Under the pieces are notes generated by a model. That model was not told the origin of the DNA. It searched no databases and worked only from the letters and a program-made list of their open reading frames with translations. Positions 6,249-15,916 of a DNA stretch of 26,627 nt are shown piece by piece. Origin of the DNA: Candidatus Babelota bacterium (GTDB lineage: Bacteria; Babelota; Babeliae; Babelales; JAUPTZ01); NCBI GenBank assembly GCA_030917105.1, contig JAUPVI010000002.1, forward strand, positions 1-26,627. Direction: 5' to 3'. The translations under genes were made by a program, and so were the position numbers. The first letter of the stretch is position 1. Every line of letters begins with the position of its first letter.

Positions 6249-8609
6249 TCATGGTTTTGGTAGTAGGACATGGAAAAGAACTTCTTGTACATCTTCTACA
6301 AATACTATTTTTATTCCTTCTGGCAACGCACCCACTCCTTTAACATCTTTTTCGTTTTGTTTTGGGAAAATGACTTTGGAAAAGCCATGTTGTTTGGCGG
6401 CAAGTAGTTTTTCTTTAACTCCGCCGATAGGGAGTACATTGCCCTGTAAATTCAACTCGCCGGTCATGGCACAGTCGCTGCTGATAGGGCGTCCCGTGTA
6501 TACCGAAAAAATCGAAGAAAGCAAAGTAATTCCCGCAGACGGGCCATCTTTTGGTATGCCGCCGGCTGGTGCATGAATATGTAAATCATACTCTACAAAC
6601 ATCTTGGCATCGATATTAAAGTCCTTGGCATGAGAGCGGGCATAACTTACCGCTGCTCGTGCTGATTCTTTCATAACATCGCCGAGCTGACCGGTTAAAA
6701 TTAATTTGCCGGTTCCTGGCATTAATAATGCTTCCATCTGTAAGACTTCGCCTCCGTATGGAGTCCAGGCAAGGCCGTTAGTAATGCCGACTTTGTGCGT
6801 GCCGATTTTCAACATGTCTATGGCGCGACGTGGGCCTAAGTGGTCAGCCAGCGAGCGCTTAGTGAAGTTGATACCTTTTTTGTTTTCAATGTAGTGACGT
6901 GCGAATTTTGCACACAATTTTTGGAATAACTTTGCGAGTCCGCGAACCCCTGCTTCGCGGGTATATCCAGAAATAAGCTCATCAATGACATCTTTTGAGA
7001 AAGCAATTTCGGTTTTTGCTAGTCCCGAGTCGCCTATGATCGTAGGAATCAGGTGGCGCTTTGCGATTTCCATCTTTTCTTCTTTAGTGTACCCAGCTAA
7101 CTGAATGATCTCCATACGGTCACGCAATGGTGCTGGAATGGTGCTGAGGTCGTTTGCTGTGGTCACAAAAAGTACTTTTGAGAAATCAAAATGTACGCCC
7201 AAATAGTTGTCGTAAAATGCTTTGTTTTGCTCTGGATCCAACGCCTCAAGGAGTGCGGCAGAAGGATCGCCTTTGTGTGATGAACCGATTTTATCTATCT
7301 CATCAATAAGTAACACAGGATTAAGGCTGCCAGATTTTTTAATTGCTTGTACAAACCGGCCGGGAAGGGCGCCAACATATGTCCTGCGGTGGCCACGTAT
7401 TTCAGCTTCGTCATGAACGCCGCCGACAGCGATGCGAGCGAAGGTGCGACCCATTGCTTGTGCAATTGACTTACCAAGAGAGGTCTTACCAACACCTGGT
7501 GGTCCTGCAAGACAAAGGATAGGGCTTGCACAGTCACTTTTTAGGTACTTGATAGAAAGGTAATCAAGTATCCGTTCTTTGACCTCATGGAGCCCAAAAT
7601 GTCCCTCATCAAGAACTTTTTTAGCAACGATAATATCATTATTGTCTTGTGTCGAATTGCCCCACGGCATACTAATTAACCATTCAAGATGGTTACGCAT
7701 CACCGTTGCTTCCAGCGAGTCACTCGCGGTCTTTTTAAGGCGGCTGAGTTGACGATTGAATTCAGTTCGTGCTTCATCAGAAAACTTTGTTTCAAGAGCT
7801 TTTTTTTCAAAATCTTCGATTTCTGAATCATTATCGTCGCCCAGTTCTTTTTGAATGGCACGAAGTTGTTCGCGAAGGTAGTACTCGCGTTGTGACTTAT
7901 TAATGGAATCACGAGTTGATGTGCGAATTTTTTCTTCTACCTCACTTGACGATACAAGGCGGTCAAGGTGGAGTACAATTGCGTCAAGTACCTGAGTAAT
8001 AGATTCTTTTTCTAACAACTCCTGAGCCTGATTAACCGGCAAGTTGAGGTGTGAGAGAACAAAATCGCTTACCTTTTGTGGGTTTTCAATTTGATAGATG
8101 ATTGAGGTGAAATCTGGGCTAAATAATGTGCTGCTTGCCGGCAGTTTTGTGACGCTAGTGCAAATGGTTTTGATGTAGTAATCACGTTTTTCAGGATTGC
8201 AATCTTCTGTCATTGGCGGGATCAACTCAATTTTTGCGCTGAGGCTTTCCTCGGTCGGTATAATATGGTGAACGAGTGCTTTTTGTACCCCTTGTACCAA
8301 CACTTTAATCCCACCATCAGAGAGTTCCATAAGGCGAATAATTTCACCAATGGTTCCGACTGCAAAAAGGTCGTCAATGCTAATTGGTTCTCCATCATCA
8401 TCGTAGTTGCTGTTGGGCTGTGTATTTGTCGCCAACATGAGCACTTTTTTGTCTTCTTTCATTGCTTGCAAAATGCCAGCAATGATTTTTGTATCGAGAA
8501 CAAGAAGCGGCACTACCATGTGAGGAAACACAACGACATCGATGGTCGGCACGACTGCTATATCGCGGATTTGCGCCGTTCCTCCTGATTTGTTTTCCTG
8601 TTTTTTCAT
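6249..8609 (-). CDS. lon: ATP-dependent protease La (LonA)
   Basis: Canonical N-domain (DVVVFPHMVVPL), SQREYYLREQL helix, GPPGVGKT, RRTYVG pore loop, LLIDEIDK, PKDGPSAG (S691), GGVKEK (K734); GGAGGT SD. Confidence 0.98.
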   Translation of the reverse strand: MKKQENKSGGTAQIRDIAVVPTIDVVVFPHMVVPLLVLDTKIIAGILQAMKEDKKVLMLATNTQPNSNYDDDGEPISIDDLFAVGTIGEIIRLMELSDGGIKVLVQGVQKALVHHIIPTEESLSAKIELIPPMTEDCNPEKRDYYIKTICTSVTKLPASSTLFSPDFTSIIYQIENPQKVSDFVLSHLNLPVNQAQELLEKESITQVLDAIVLHLDRLVSSSEVEEKIRTSTRDSINKSQREYYLREQLRAIQKELGDDNDSEIEDFEKKALETKFSDEARTEFNRQLSRLKKTASDSLEATVMRNHLEWLISMPWGNSTQDNNDIIVAKKVLDEGHFGLHEVKERILDYLSIKYLKSDCASPILCLAGPPGVGKTSLGKSIAQAMGRTFARIAVGGVHDEAEIRGHRRTYVGALPGRFVQAIKKSGSLNPVLLIDEIDKIGSSHKGDPSAALLEALDPEQNKAFYDNYLGVHFDFSKVLFVTTANDLSTIPAPLRDRMEIIQLAGYTKEEKMEIAKRHLIPTIIGDSGLAKTEIAFSKDVIDELISGYTREAGVRGLAKLFQKLCAKFARHYIENKKGINFTKRSLADHLGPRRAIDMLKIGTHKVGITNGLAWTPYGGEVLQMEALLMPGTGKLILTGQLGDVMKESARAAVSYARSHAKDFNIDAKMFVEYDLHIHAPAGGIPKDGPSAGITLLSSIFSVYTGRPISSDCAMTGELNLQGNVLPIGGVKEKLLAAKQHGFSKVIFPKQNEKDVKGVGALPEGIKIVFVEDVQEVLFHVLLPKP

Positions 8610-8641
8610 ACAGTGCTACCTCCCCCTGAGAGCTTAAAAAA

Positions 8642-8657
8642 ATGTAATAATTTACAT
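8642..8657. promoter_or_regulatory. Inverted repeat in the lon/lolD divergent intergenic region (candidate operator)
   Basis: ATGTAA-TAAT-TTACAT; overlaps a weak minus-strand GTGACG-N17-TACATT promoter candidate for lon. Confidence 0.35.
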
Positions 8658-8753
8658 ACCTACCGTCACCCGTGGTATCTTGTGCCGTTTCTGGCAATTC
8701 TTTCCTTGCGGCTTGGTAACCAGCACTGCTTCAACTTTAAAGGATATCTTGGT

Positions 8754-9440
8754 ATGCGAACAACCATTTCTAAATATGACCTCTCATTGCAGCATGTTAC
8801 CAAGGGTTTTGAGATTGACCAGGCAGTCCGACCAGTTTTTTTGGACTTGGATTATACTTTTACCCCTGGGGTGTCCTACGCCATTGTAGGGGCTTCTGGG
8901 TCAGGTAAATCAACGCTGCTTCATGTCATAGCTGGGTTTGAGTCGGCTGATGCTGGAGCGGTTCTCTGGGGAGGGCGAGAAGTCGCTCATTTTTCGACCG
9001 CGGAAAGAGAAACGTGGGTTTCGCGTCATATAGGGTTTGCTTTTCAGTATCATTATCTGATTCCAGAGCTTTCGGTATATGACAACGTGTACGTTTCAGC
9101 GCTTTTGACCGAGCGAACGGTGGGCCGACGGGAGATTGAAGAGCTTTTATTGGCGTTGGGCCTTCATGAGCATGCTGGCCACTATCCCCACCAACTTTCG
9201 GGGGGGCAACAGCAACGAGCTGCGTTAGCTCGGGCACTTATTCGCCGGCCAACGTATTTGATAGCGGATGAGCCGACCGGAAGTTTGGATGCCAAAACTG
9301 GTGGTGAAATAATCGATTTCTGTCTTTCTTATCAGAAAACCCATGGCATGGGCCTGATCATAGCAACGCATGATCAAGCGGTGTACGAAAAAATGGATGT
9401 GGTGTTACGGCTTGAAGGGGGAGTTTTGCGAGAAAGTTAG
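8754..9440 (+). CDS. lolD: ABC transporter ATP-binding protein, LolD/FtsE/MacB family (LolD-like)
   Basis: Walker [29 protein letters not shown] (LolD-like), LSGGQQQR signature, LIADEPTG, H-loop IATHD. Start moved to ATG 8754 (AAGGA SD); the ORF-track start at 8613 would crowd the lon SD. Confidence 0.75.
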   Translation: MRTTISKYDLSLQHVTKGFEIDQAVRPVFLDLDYTFTPGVSYAIVGASGSGKSTLLHVIAGFESADAGAVLWGGREVAHFSTAERETWVSRHIGFAFQYHYLIPELSVYDNVYVSALLTERTVGRREIEELLLALGLHEHAGHYPHQLSGGQQQRAALARALIRRPTYLIADEPTGSLDAKTGGEIIDFCLSYQKTHGMGLIIATHDQAVYEKMDVVLRLEGGVLRES

Positions 9441-9472
9441 CTCTTCGTGACGTATTTGTCTTAAGCCGAGCT

Positions 9473-11533
9473 TTAGCTTTTGTCGGTTAGACTGAATGTT
9501 GTTGATCGGGTAAATCGTTCTTCGCCGGCGATACAGAGCGCGTTGAACTCTGTCTCACTTTGCATTTTAGATAACGCTTCCCATATTTGTTGGGACGTCT
9601 GACCGGGCCTCAGGGCTTTGGCTACGGCTTGCATGTCGTTGTAAATGGGAGCGCCTTTTTCCTGAATAGTTTTTAGGAGGTTTCCTATAATTTCATATTT
9701 CCTTGTAGCTGGGGTGAGAGTTGATTTCTCTGTTTCTAGTTTATCTACTTTCTCTCGGTATTGAGTAAGTTCTGTTTGAAGCTTCAGGTAGAGAGTTGTG
9801 AGTTCTTTTTGTGTTGGCGTGATGCCTTCTTGGTGATGTGCCTCGGCAGCCCGTTCAGCAGTCTCAATGTCCTCTTTTCTGGTGGGTAGCGTGCAGGTAG
9901 TCGCGCAGCGTTCAATGATGGTGTCTATTTGAGCTTGAAGGCTTGCTGCATCAGCAATGAGCCGGCGGCGTTCTTCGTACAGCTCATCTAAGTAGGTGTC
10001 AGATTTTAGCAGTTCCTCCTGAATAATTATTCGTTCTGCAAAAAGAGTACTTTGGAGAGTTTCTTGTAGTTGGCTCGTGAGCTTTTTAAAATTTGTGATA
10101 AGGGAGCTACGAATGTCTTCTGATGCGCTGTTCCAAGCAATTTTTTCTATGAATGCAAGCTGATTTTGCAGAACTTGCTTTTTGTTTTGAAGAGTTACGT
10201 AGCCTTCTCTAATTGAATGAAGATTCAAGGTGAAGGTCGGTCTTGGCTTTTGTAGATCTTCTTTTGCCTTTTGAGCTTGGTCTTCTGTTCTCAAAACGTT
10301 AATTGCCGTTGCCTCATATTCTTTGACAAGTGCAGTGTATTCGCGACAGCGGTCATTGATAATAGTTTGCATGGTTGCGATAGATTGAAGCTGTTCATCA
10401 ATTGTGGATTTTATTTTGGGGTCTGCTATAGGGAGTAATTTTAGCGGGAGAGCTCGCTCAAAGAATGGCATTTTCTCTTGTTCTTCGATTGCTTTCTTCT
10501 GAGCCTTCTCAGTTGCCTTTGATGTTTTTTGGGTGGGCTTTGATGCTGCGACTTGTGGTTGTTTTTTAGGAACAGCGGGTGCTGGGCGGGGGGCAGTGCT
10601 GTGTTCATCGTTTACCCAAGCGAGGAGGTTGTTTATTTTTTCTTTGTTGGGGGCGCTGATGGTTGGTTCGTCGCGTAATAATATGCGAAATTCCTCTAGG
10701 TTAACAGAGGCTGGAATTTCTTTGTTGTTGGCGTTATCGGGCGCGTGTTTAAGCGTTTCTCGCGCTGCATAAAAGCAGCAGAGTCTGTAGACGAGGTCAT
10801 TTGTGTCCACTGTTGTGCCGGATCCCTTTATTTGTGTAAGCGTTTCAAGGCGGTTTCGTGCTGTTTTAATAAGTGTACTGAGTTCTGCATACAGCTTTTT
10901 TTGTGCGTCCATTTTTTCTCTGCCGGCGGCTGCGTCTGCTTCCCTTGCCGCGGCATCGGTCAAGCGCAGTGCTTCTGCTCTGGCTGTCAAATCTTTTGCT
11001 GTTTCTGCATCAGCTGCTCTTAGTGCTACCGTGCGGGCTGTCTGCTTTTTCTTGATTGCATCATAAATAGAGGCATCGTCTATGAGCCGCTCAATAATAG
11101 CGCGATTTTCCCCGGCTGAATTGAGGGCCATTTCCGGTGTCAGAAAGGTGGTAACGCAGTAATAACCAGCTTCACTCGGAGAGAGGGTGTAGAAAAATGC
11201 TGGCAAGCCAGTGGCGTCATCGTAGATAGGGACGAGGAATGAAGGCTGATCTTTATATAGATGACGCACAACAATTGATGGGTTAATTTTTGCAGCGCCG
11301 AGCGCCGATTGAGCAATTGCTCTGAGTGCTGGATCTACCGCTGAATCGTTTCGACGTGCGATATGCTCTGCGTCTTTCATATGTTCTAATGTTTCCTCGC
11401 TGAGATCCCACCGTTTGGTTGCGTCAAATGCTAGGCCTGCAGTGGCAGCCTCCGGTGCTGCGGTGGCGCAGAAGGTGGTGGCCGTGCCGAATGCGAGTAG
11501 GCTTAAAATGAGTAAAAATGCTTTGTTTTTCAT
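9473..11533 (-). CDS. Secreted hypothetical protein with small N-terminal alpha/beta domain and long coiled coils
   Basis: Signal peptide MKNKAFLLILSLLAFGTATTFCA; E/K/Q/L-rich heptad-like helices over most of residues ~150-686; Pro-rich linker PRPAPAVPKKQP. Confidence 0.8.
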   Translation of the reverse strand: MKNKAFLLILSLLAFGTATTFCATAAPEAATAGLAFDATKRWDLSEETLEHMKDAEHIARRNDSAVDPALRAIAQSALGAAKINPSIVVRHLYKDQPSFLVPIYDDATGLPAFFYTLSPSEAGYYCVTTFLTPEMALNSAGENRAIIERLIDDASIYDAIKKKQTARTVALRAADAETAKDLTARAEALRLTDAAAREADAAAGREKMDAQKKLYAELSTLIKTARNRLETLTQIKGSGTTVDTNDLVYRLCCFYAARETLKHAPDNANNKEIPASVNLEEFRILLRDEPTISAPNKEKINNLLAWVNDEHSTAPRPAPAVPKKQPQVAASKPTQKTSKATEKAQKKAIEEQEKMPFFERALPLKLLPIADPKIKSTIDEQLQSIATMQTIINDRCREYTALVKEYEATAINVLRTEDQAQKAKEDLQKPRPTFTLNLHSIREGYVTLQNKKQVLQNQLAFIEKIAWNSASEDIRSSLITNFKKLTSQLQETLQSTLFAERIIIQEELLKSDTYLDELYEERRRLIADAASLQAQIDTIIERCATTCTLPTRKEDIETAERAAEAHHQEGITPTQKELTTLYLKLQTELTQYREKVDKLETEKSTLTPATRKYEIIGNLLKTIQEKGAPIYNDMQAVAKALRPGQTSQQIWEALSKMQSETEFNALCIAGEERFTRSTTFSLTDKS

Positions 11534-11639
11534 AGGAATCTCCCGGTTAGTATGAATGAAAAAGATATCAGAATGTTTTCATATAGTCTATTTTTTTGGT
11601 TAGCCCGATGTGTGGGATGGCACCCGCCCGACAACCTCG

Positions 11640-11667
11640 TTTACTTTTGAGCAAAATAACGTATGCT
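11640..11667 (+). promoter_or_regulatory. Candidate sigma70 promoter for the 923-aa/430-aa gene pair
   Basis: TTTACT-N16-TATGCT; same -10 hexamer as the rpsA promoter. Confidence 0.4.
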
Positions 11668-11723
11668 ACCTCCCACTCGCTTCAGAGCCCTTGTTTTACT
11701 CCCTCACCGGTGAAAGGAAATGT

Positions 11724-14495
11724 ATGAAAATTCGTAGTTTGCTGTGCCTACTTGTTTCCACGTGGTCGCTATCGTTGGCTGGTTCTACATCAGCAAATGT
11801 GACAGGCGTCACATTTGGCCGAACCGCAGCCGCCGAGGATGGAGAGCTCTTTGTTGCACAATCGACTATTGTTGGAAACTCTGCGTACGCACTCACTCGT
11901 CTGTCTGTGGCGCGCCAGCAGGATGGCTCTTATCTTTCAAGTTTAGTTGGCTTAAGCCCTTCGCAGGTGTGTATTAATAACACTACAACTACTAACAAAA
12001 ACAACCCAATGGCGCGTGCGCTTGTCGTCTCTGATAGCCCTCTCTACGAGCAACGCATCGGATTATTGAGTACTTACAAAAACTATCCACTGGTTGCCTT
12101 TGGGCCTGATGATAGTTCTCCTCTTCACTCAGTTGCTATGGTGACTGACCTTGAGGCAGGAAGTAGCATGCTGACAAACAAGCTTCCATTTGGCGATGCC
12201 TTGGGCGCTGTAGCGCGAAATATTGTCGCTTTGACCGGCGGGGTCTATACGCGTCAAAGCACAAATCCTGCTATCACACCGGTTACTTTCGGCCTTATTT
12301 TTGCGGCAGTAACACCGAGTGATGCAAGCACTTTTGCTGGGCAAGCAGCTGCTGGGATTGCGATGGCGCAGTTGGTAAATGACGGAATTGAGCCTGTTGA
12401 TGCGCTTGGCCATAATAGTGGTCCACAAGCGGTACCGCTGACAAATGCGTTGATGAAAATTGGCGTCGATGGCGCTGGTATTTCTGGTGTAAACGCGTTG
12501 TGTTGGAATGACAAACTTAATCGATTATACGTTGGGCTTACAACAACGGATGCAAGCGTTGCGGTTGCTGTAGGGGCGATTGCGATGCCGGCCGATGCAA
12601 AAGTTACTGGCAAAGCGGTGCCAAATGTGGTCTGTTTTTTGCGGCCGTGCATTGCTGACGGGAGCGGAATAAATACTTCTGATAACTGGAGCGACGACGA
12701 TTACATAGTAGCAAATAAGAGTGGCGGTACTGCGATTCAGGCACTCGATGTGATGAATGCATCTACCGGCACTAATTGTTTGGTGGTACTGCGAAGTAAT
12801 CTGTCGGTATATGCAGTTCCGTTGACGTTGGATGGTGTGTTGGCAACCAAGAGCGACTCAACTCTTTCCGCAACAGAAGGGAGTACTCTGCAACTGTATA
12901 CGACTTCTGATGTGGCCGCGATAGTGGGAGCAGGCGATGCACCTGATGTGGTCACTGCGTTGCGTGTGTATGGCGACAGTGTTTTTATTTCATGTGCTGG
13001 TGGTGCTGTGGGGACACAAGGTGTTTTTGTTTCGCAAGCCTTGTTTGACATCAACGGAAATGTGCGTGGCTGGGCGCCATGGGCACCGGTAGCTGCTGCT
13101 AATAAGGATGTATATGCTTTTTCTCGTGATAAGTTGAGCCGTATTAAGTTTCTCTCTGGTAGTCGTGATACGTTGTACTCACAGCTCTGGGGAATGGGGC
13201 AGGGCAATGGGTTTTGGGGTGGTGCTTCAGATAATCCTGGTGAGGGATTAGTTTCGCAAATTAACGGGTACTTCTTGCCGGCTAACGGCGGTGTGCAGAC
13301 AGTTGTTGGTACTAAGCATGCGACCTCTTCTAATTGGTATAATGCTTCGGCCTGCCTTGCGTCTGGTGTGTCGCTGCTTTCGTTTACTGGTCGTGATCGG
13401 TATGCGCTTGCGTTGACGAGCTCTGGCAGTGGACTTACAACAGGTGTGTCCTTTGGTTCAGCGAGTGATTTGTGGACGTATGATTTTGCGGCTGCTTCTC
13501 TTTCGATGGGTATGATTACAACTGCGGCTGTATCTGCCTCAAGTGCTTCCGGTGCGGGGTGGGTGTTTGTTGGCGGAAGCAATGGCGTAGCAGTTTTGTG
13601 CAAAAGTGACGGTACCGGCTGGTCGTCGCTCAGCTCGCTTTCAACGCTTGCGAGTGGGTACTCTTTTGTCAAACTTAAAAAGGCTGATGGTTCTGATTTT
13701 GCACAAGTGACCCAGATTTTGACTGACACGAATGGTTTCTACATTATTTGTGCCGATGGCATGTATCGCTGTCCGTATACGGCCTCTAACTTTGATGCTG
13801 GGCTTGCAGGTGAAACGTTAATTGCATCACCTACAGTGCTCCTTGGTGCTTCGTATGAAACTATTTTATCTGCCGCTATTGTTGGTAGTTATGCATTCTT
13901 GGCTACAACTCAAGGTTTGTGGGTAAATGATGGTTCCTTGTCTGCGGTGACAAATACAACAGGTACTGATGGGTGGAATGAGCTTGCCATGGTGCCCAAT
14001 ACGACTGAAAAATTTGGGGTGTGTTCGCAGCTGCTTTTTGTGCCAGGGCCTACAGTAGCTGACGGTGGCATGTTATATGTACTCACGGCTGATGTGGCAT
14101 TGAATGTGGCTAGTGTTTATCGTGTTAGTGTGCCGAGTGGCTCATTGCTTGATAGTGATGCACGGGCAGCAATGGGTGCAACGGTTCATACGTGTGGGAA
14201 TACGACTCGTTTGTATATGACGCTGCTTGGTCAATTTCGTGAATGTTTTTATACCGATGGCGGTATCGCAGTGGATGCAAGCTCTCGACATCATGCTTTT
14301 ACGGTAGAAGGAACGGGTATGTTCCGTGTGTTGTCAGTAACGCAATCGGTTGGCAAAATTGATGCATGGTCGCAGGCATTGCAGCCGGTCTTTGATGCAG
14401 GAATAGTGGCTGATACATTGTCTGGTATAGTGCGTGATTCAGCGACTGGCACGGTGGTAGTGCCAGGGGTTTGGGGCGTTCAGGTTCTTCAATAA
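11724..14495 (+). CDS. Large secreted beta-rich (beta-propeller-like) protein, 923 aa
   Basis: Start moved to ATG 11724 (GAAAGGA SD), giving signal peptide MKIRSLLCLLVSTWSLSLA. G/S/A/T/V-rich with recurring blade-like segments (RLYVGLTT, SVFISCAGG, WVFVGGSNGVAVL, YAFLATTQGLWV, VVVPGVWGVQVL). Confidence 0.75.
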   Translation: MKIRSLLCLLVSTWSLSLAGSTSANVTGVTFGRTAAAEDGELFVAQSTIVGNSAYALTRLSVARQQDGSYLSSLVGLSPSQVCINNTTTTNKNNPMARALVVSDSPLYEQRIGLLSTYKNYPLVAFGPDDSSPLHSVAMVTDLEAGSSMLTNKLPFGDALGAVARNIVALTGGVYTRQSTNPAITPVTFGLIFAAVTPSDASTFAGQAAAGIAMAQLVNDGIEPVDALGHNSGPQAVPLTNALMKIGVDGAGISGVNALCWNDKLNRLYVGLTTTDASVAVAVGAIAMPADAKVTGKAVPNVVCFLRPCIADGSGINTSDNWSDDDYIVANKSGGTAIQALDVMNASTGTNCLVVLRSNLSVYAVPLTLDGVLATKSDSTLSATEGSTLQLYTTSDVAAIVGAGDAPDVVTALRVYGDSVFISCAGGAVGTQGVFVSQALFDINGNVRGWAPWAPVAAANKDVYAFSRDKLSRIKFLSGSRDTLYSQLWGMGQGNGFWGGASDNPGEGLVSQINGYFLPANGGVQTVVGTKHATSSNWYNASACLASGVSLLSFTGRDRYALALTSSGSGLTTGVSFGSASDLWTYDFAAASLSMGMITTAAVSASSASGAGWVFVGGSNGVAVLCKSDGTGWSSLSSLSTLASGYSFVKLKKADGSDFAQVTQILTDTNGFYIICADGMYRCPYTASNFDAGLAGETLIASPTVLLGASYETILSAAIVGSYAFLATTQGLWVNDGSLSAVTNTTGTDGWNELAMVPNTTEKFGVCSQLLFVPGPTVADGGMLYVLTADVALNVASVYRVSVPSGSLLDSDARAAMGATVHTCGNTTRLYMTLLGQFRECFYTDGGIAVDASSRHHAFTVEGTGMFRVLSVTQSVGKIDAWSQALQPVFDAGIVADTLSGIVRDSATGTVVVPGVWGVQVLQ

Positions 14496-14506
14496 AGGAG
14501 TAAGTA

Positions 14507-15799
14507 ATGAAGACTAAATATAATGTGGTGCTCTTCTCATTGGGCTTTGTGGCTTTTTTCTCTGTTGGTCTTTCTGCCTACACACCGACCAACATTCAGA
14601 TGCCGTACGATAATGATTTGACACAACGACTTTGGAAGCCCGAATCGACGGTACAGGTTGGCGTGCGTGGGCTTACAATGTTGCAAACACGAGCGTATAA
14701 CGGTGATGAGCAGCCAGTATCAGTGCCGCAGGTATACGGGCTGCAGGCGAATGAGAACAAAGAATCGAGCCTTGCGATGCTTGAAGGAAACTTGCCGGGC
14801 ACTTCGCTTCATGGACTGGCTAACCGGTTGCGAGGAGCGCAAGATGGTACACGCGGCACGTTTGTCGTTACTGGTGATCTCTCGTGGAGCCAGGTATGTA
14901 TGGATCTGATGTATCGTTTGACTATGTTTAAGTTGCCGGGCCTTTTTTCAATTGGCGTTCATGTACCGTTTATTGACGCCGCAATTCATGATGTGGTGTG
15001 GACGAGTCAAACAAAATCGCAAACGTTACAGGACGATCGTGTTCGTTCATTGCTTGTGGATGATCAGGCCAGTCTGGCGGCTTTTGTAGCGCAAAACGGA
15101 AATTTGGATATTGGGAGTCAGCGTCGTATCGGAATGGGTGACGTTTCCTGTATGCTCTACTGGCAAGGTCATTTTACACAATATAATCAGCGTTTGAGTG
15201 ATGTGATGGTGCAGTTTCGCCTCGGAGTACAGCTGCCGACGGCTCATAAAGTAGATGTTGATAAGGCGTTTGATATTGATTTTGGTCATGATGGATCGGC
15301 TGCTATCCCGATGGGTGCAGGCTTACGTCTTGATTTGGGTGGAGGTATCCGGGTTGGTGGTGATGTCGGTAGCACTATGATTATTCGGCAACAGAAGCAG
15401 TGGCGCCTGAAGACCAGCTGGGCACAAACCCCATGGCTGCTCCTTTCTAAAGGTTTGGCGACTCGTGAGTATGGTCCGCAGTGGCGCTTTACGGTGTATG
15501 CTCAGACGGAGTTAGCCAAGACTGGTATCTTTTGTACCGGGGCCTATCAGTTCTTTAAGCATACGGATAGTACTTTTTACCCCCAAGACGATGTTATGAG
15601 TGCATTGCTTATTAATTCTTCGCCAACGGTTGATGCTGTGGAATCCCATAATTTGATGGCTGCAATTTCCTTTGTTCCGCCTCAGGCTCGTGCCTGGAAG
15701 GTGCTACCAGAGGCTAATCTGCAACTTACAATGCCGTTCAACGGCAAGAATGTTATGAGTGGTATATTGCTCAGTGGCGGCCTGTCGTTAAAGTTTTAG
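14507..15799 (+). CDS. Putative outer-membrane beta-barrel protein (COG4313/SphA-like transporter motifs)
   Basis: Signal peptide; amphipathic strands; 'GMGDVSCMLYW' and 'FRLGVQLPT...FGHDG' resemble COG4313-family motifs by eye; C-terminal beta-signal GGLSLKF; AAGGAG SD overlapping the upstream stop. Confidence 0.6.
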   Translation: MKTKYNVVLFSLGFVAFFSVGLSAYTPTNIQMPYDNDLTQRLWKPESTVQVGVRGLTMLQTRAYNGDEQPVSVPQVYGLQANENKESSLAMLEGNLPGTSLHGLANRLRGAQDGTRGTFVVTGDLSWSQVCMDLMYRLTMFKLPGLFSIGVHVPFIDAAIHDVVWTSQTKSQTLQDDRVRSLLVDDQASLAAFVAQNGNLDIGSQRRIGMGDVSCMLYWQGHFTQYNQRLSDVMVQFRLGVQLPTAHKVDVDKAFDIDFGHDGSAAIPMGAGLRLDLGGGIRVGGDVGSTMIIRQQKQWRLKTSWAQTPWLLLSKGLATREYGPQWRFTVYAQTELAKTGIFCTGAYQFFKHTDSTFYPQDDVMSALLINSSPTVDAVESHNLMAAISFVPPQARAWKVLPEANLQLTMPFNGKNVMSGILLSGGLSLKF

Positions 15800-15834
15800 A
15801 GGGGGCGGAGCGTATTCCAACGGGTAGGGGCGCC

Positions 15835-15863
15835 TTTACATTCCTCTTTTACTTCACTAGACT
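15835..15863 (+). promoter_or_regulatory. sigma70-type promoter
   Basis: TTTACA-N17-TAGACT, about 53 nt upstream of ATG 15917. Confidence 0.6.
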
Positions 15864-15916
15864 GAATTGTAATAGGACTATTAGTCTTGTTATTAGTTTG
15901 ACACAGGAGATTGATT

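Noticed and set aside
8610-8620. TAGCACT half-site upstream of lon resembling CIRCE
   Set aside because: No GAGTGCTAA partner at 9-bp spacing; it sits in the SD-to-ATG spacer.
8613-8753. ORF-track N-terminal extensions (lolD 8613; also 11610, 15911, 19154, 20681)
   Set aside because: Downstream starts have clear SD sequences and give proper domain or signal-peptide starts.
11704-11713. TCACCGGTGA palindrome next to the SD
   Set aside because: A single 10-bp palindrome with no loop is plausible by chance in 26 kb.
12737-13729. 330-aa antisense ORF (and the other short overlapping ORFs in the track)
   Set aside because: Lies fully opposite a coherent gene; it is a codon-bias shadow with no SD, motif or signal.
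11724-14495. Chlamydia-like cysteine-rich envelope protein
   Set aside because: About 13 Cys in ~900 mature residues is not enriched.
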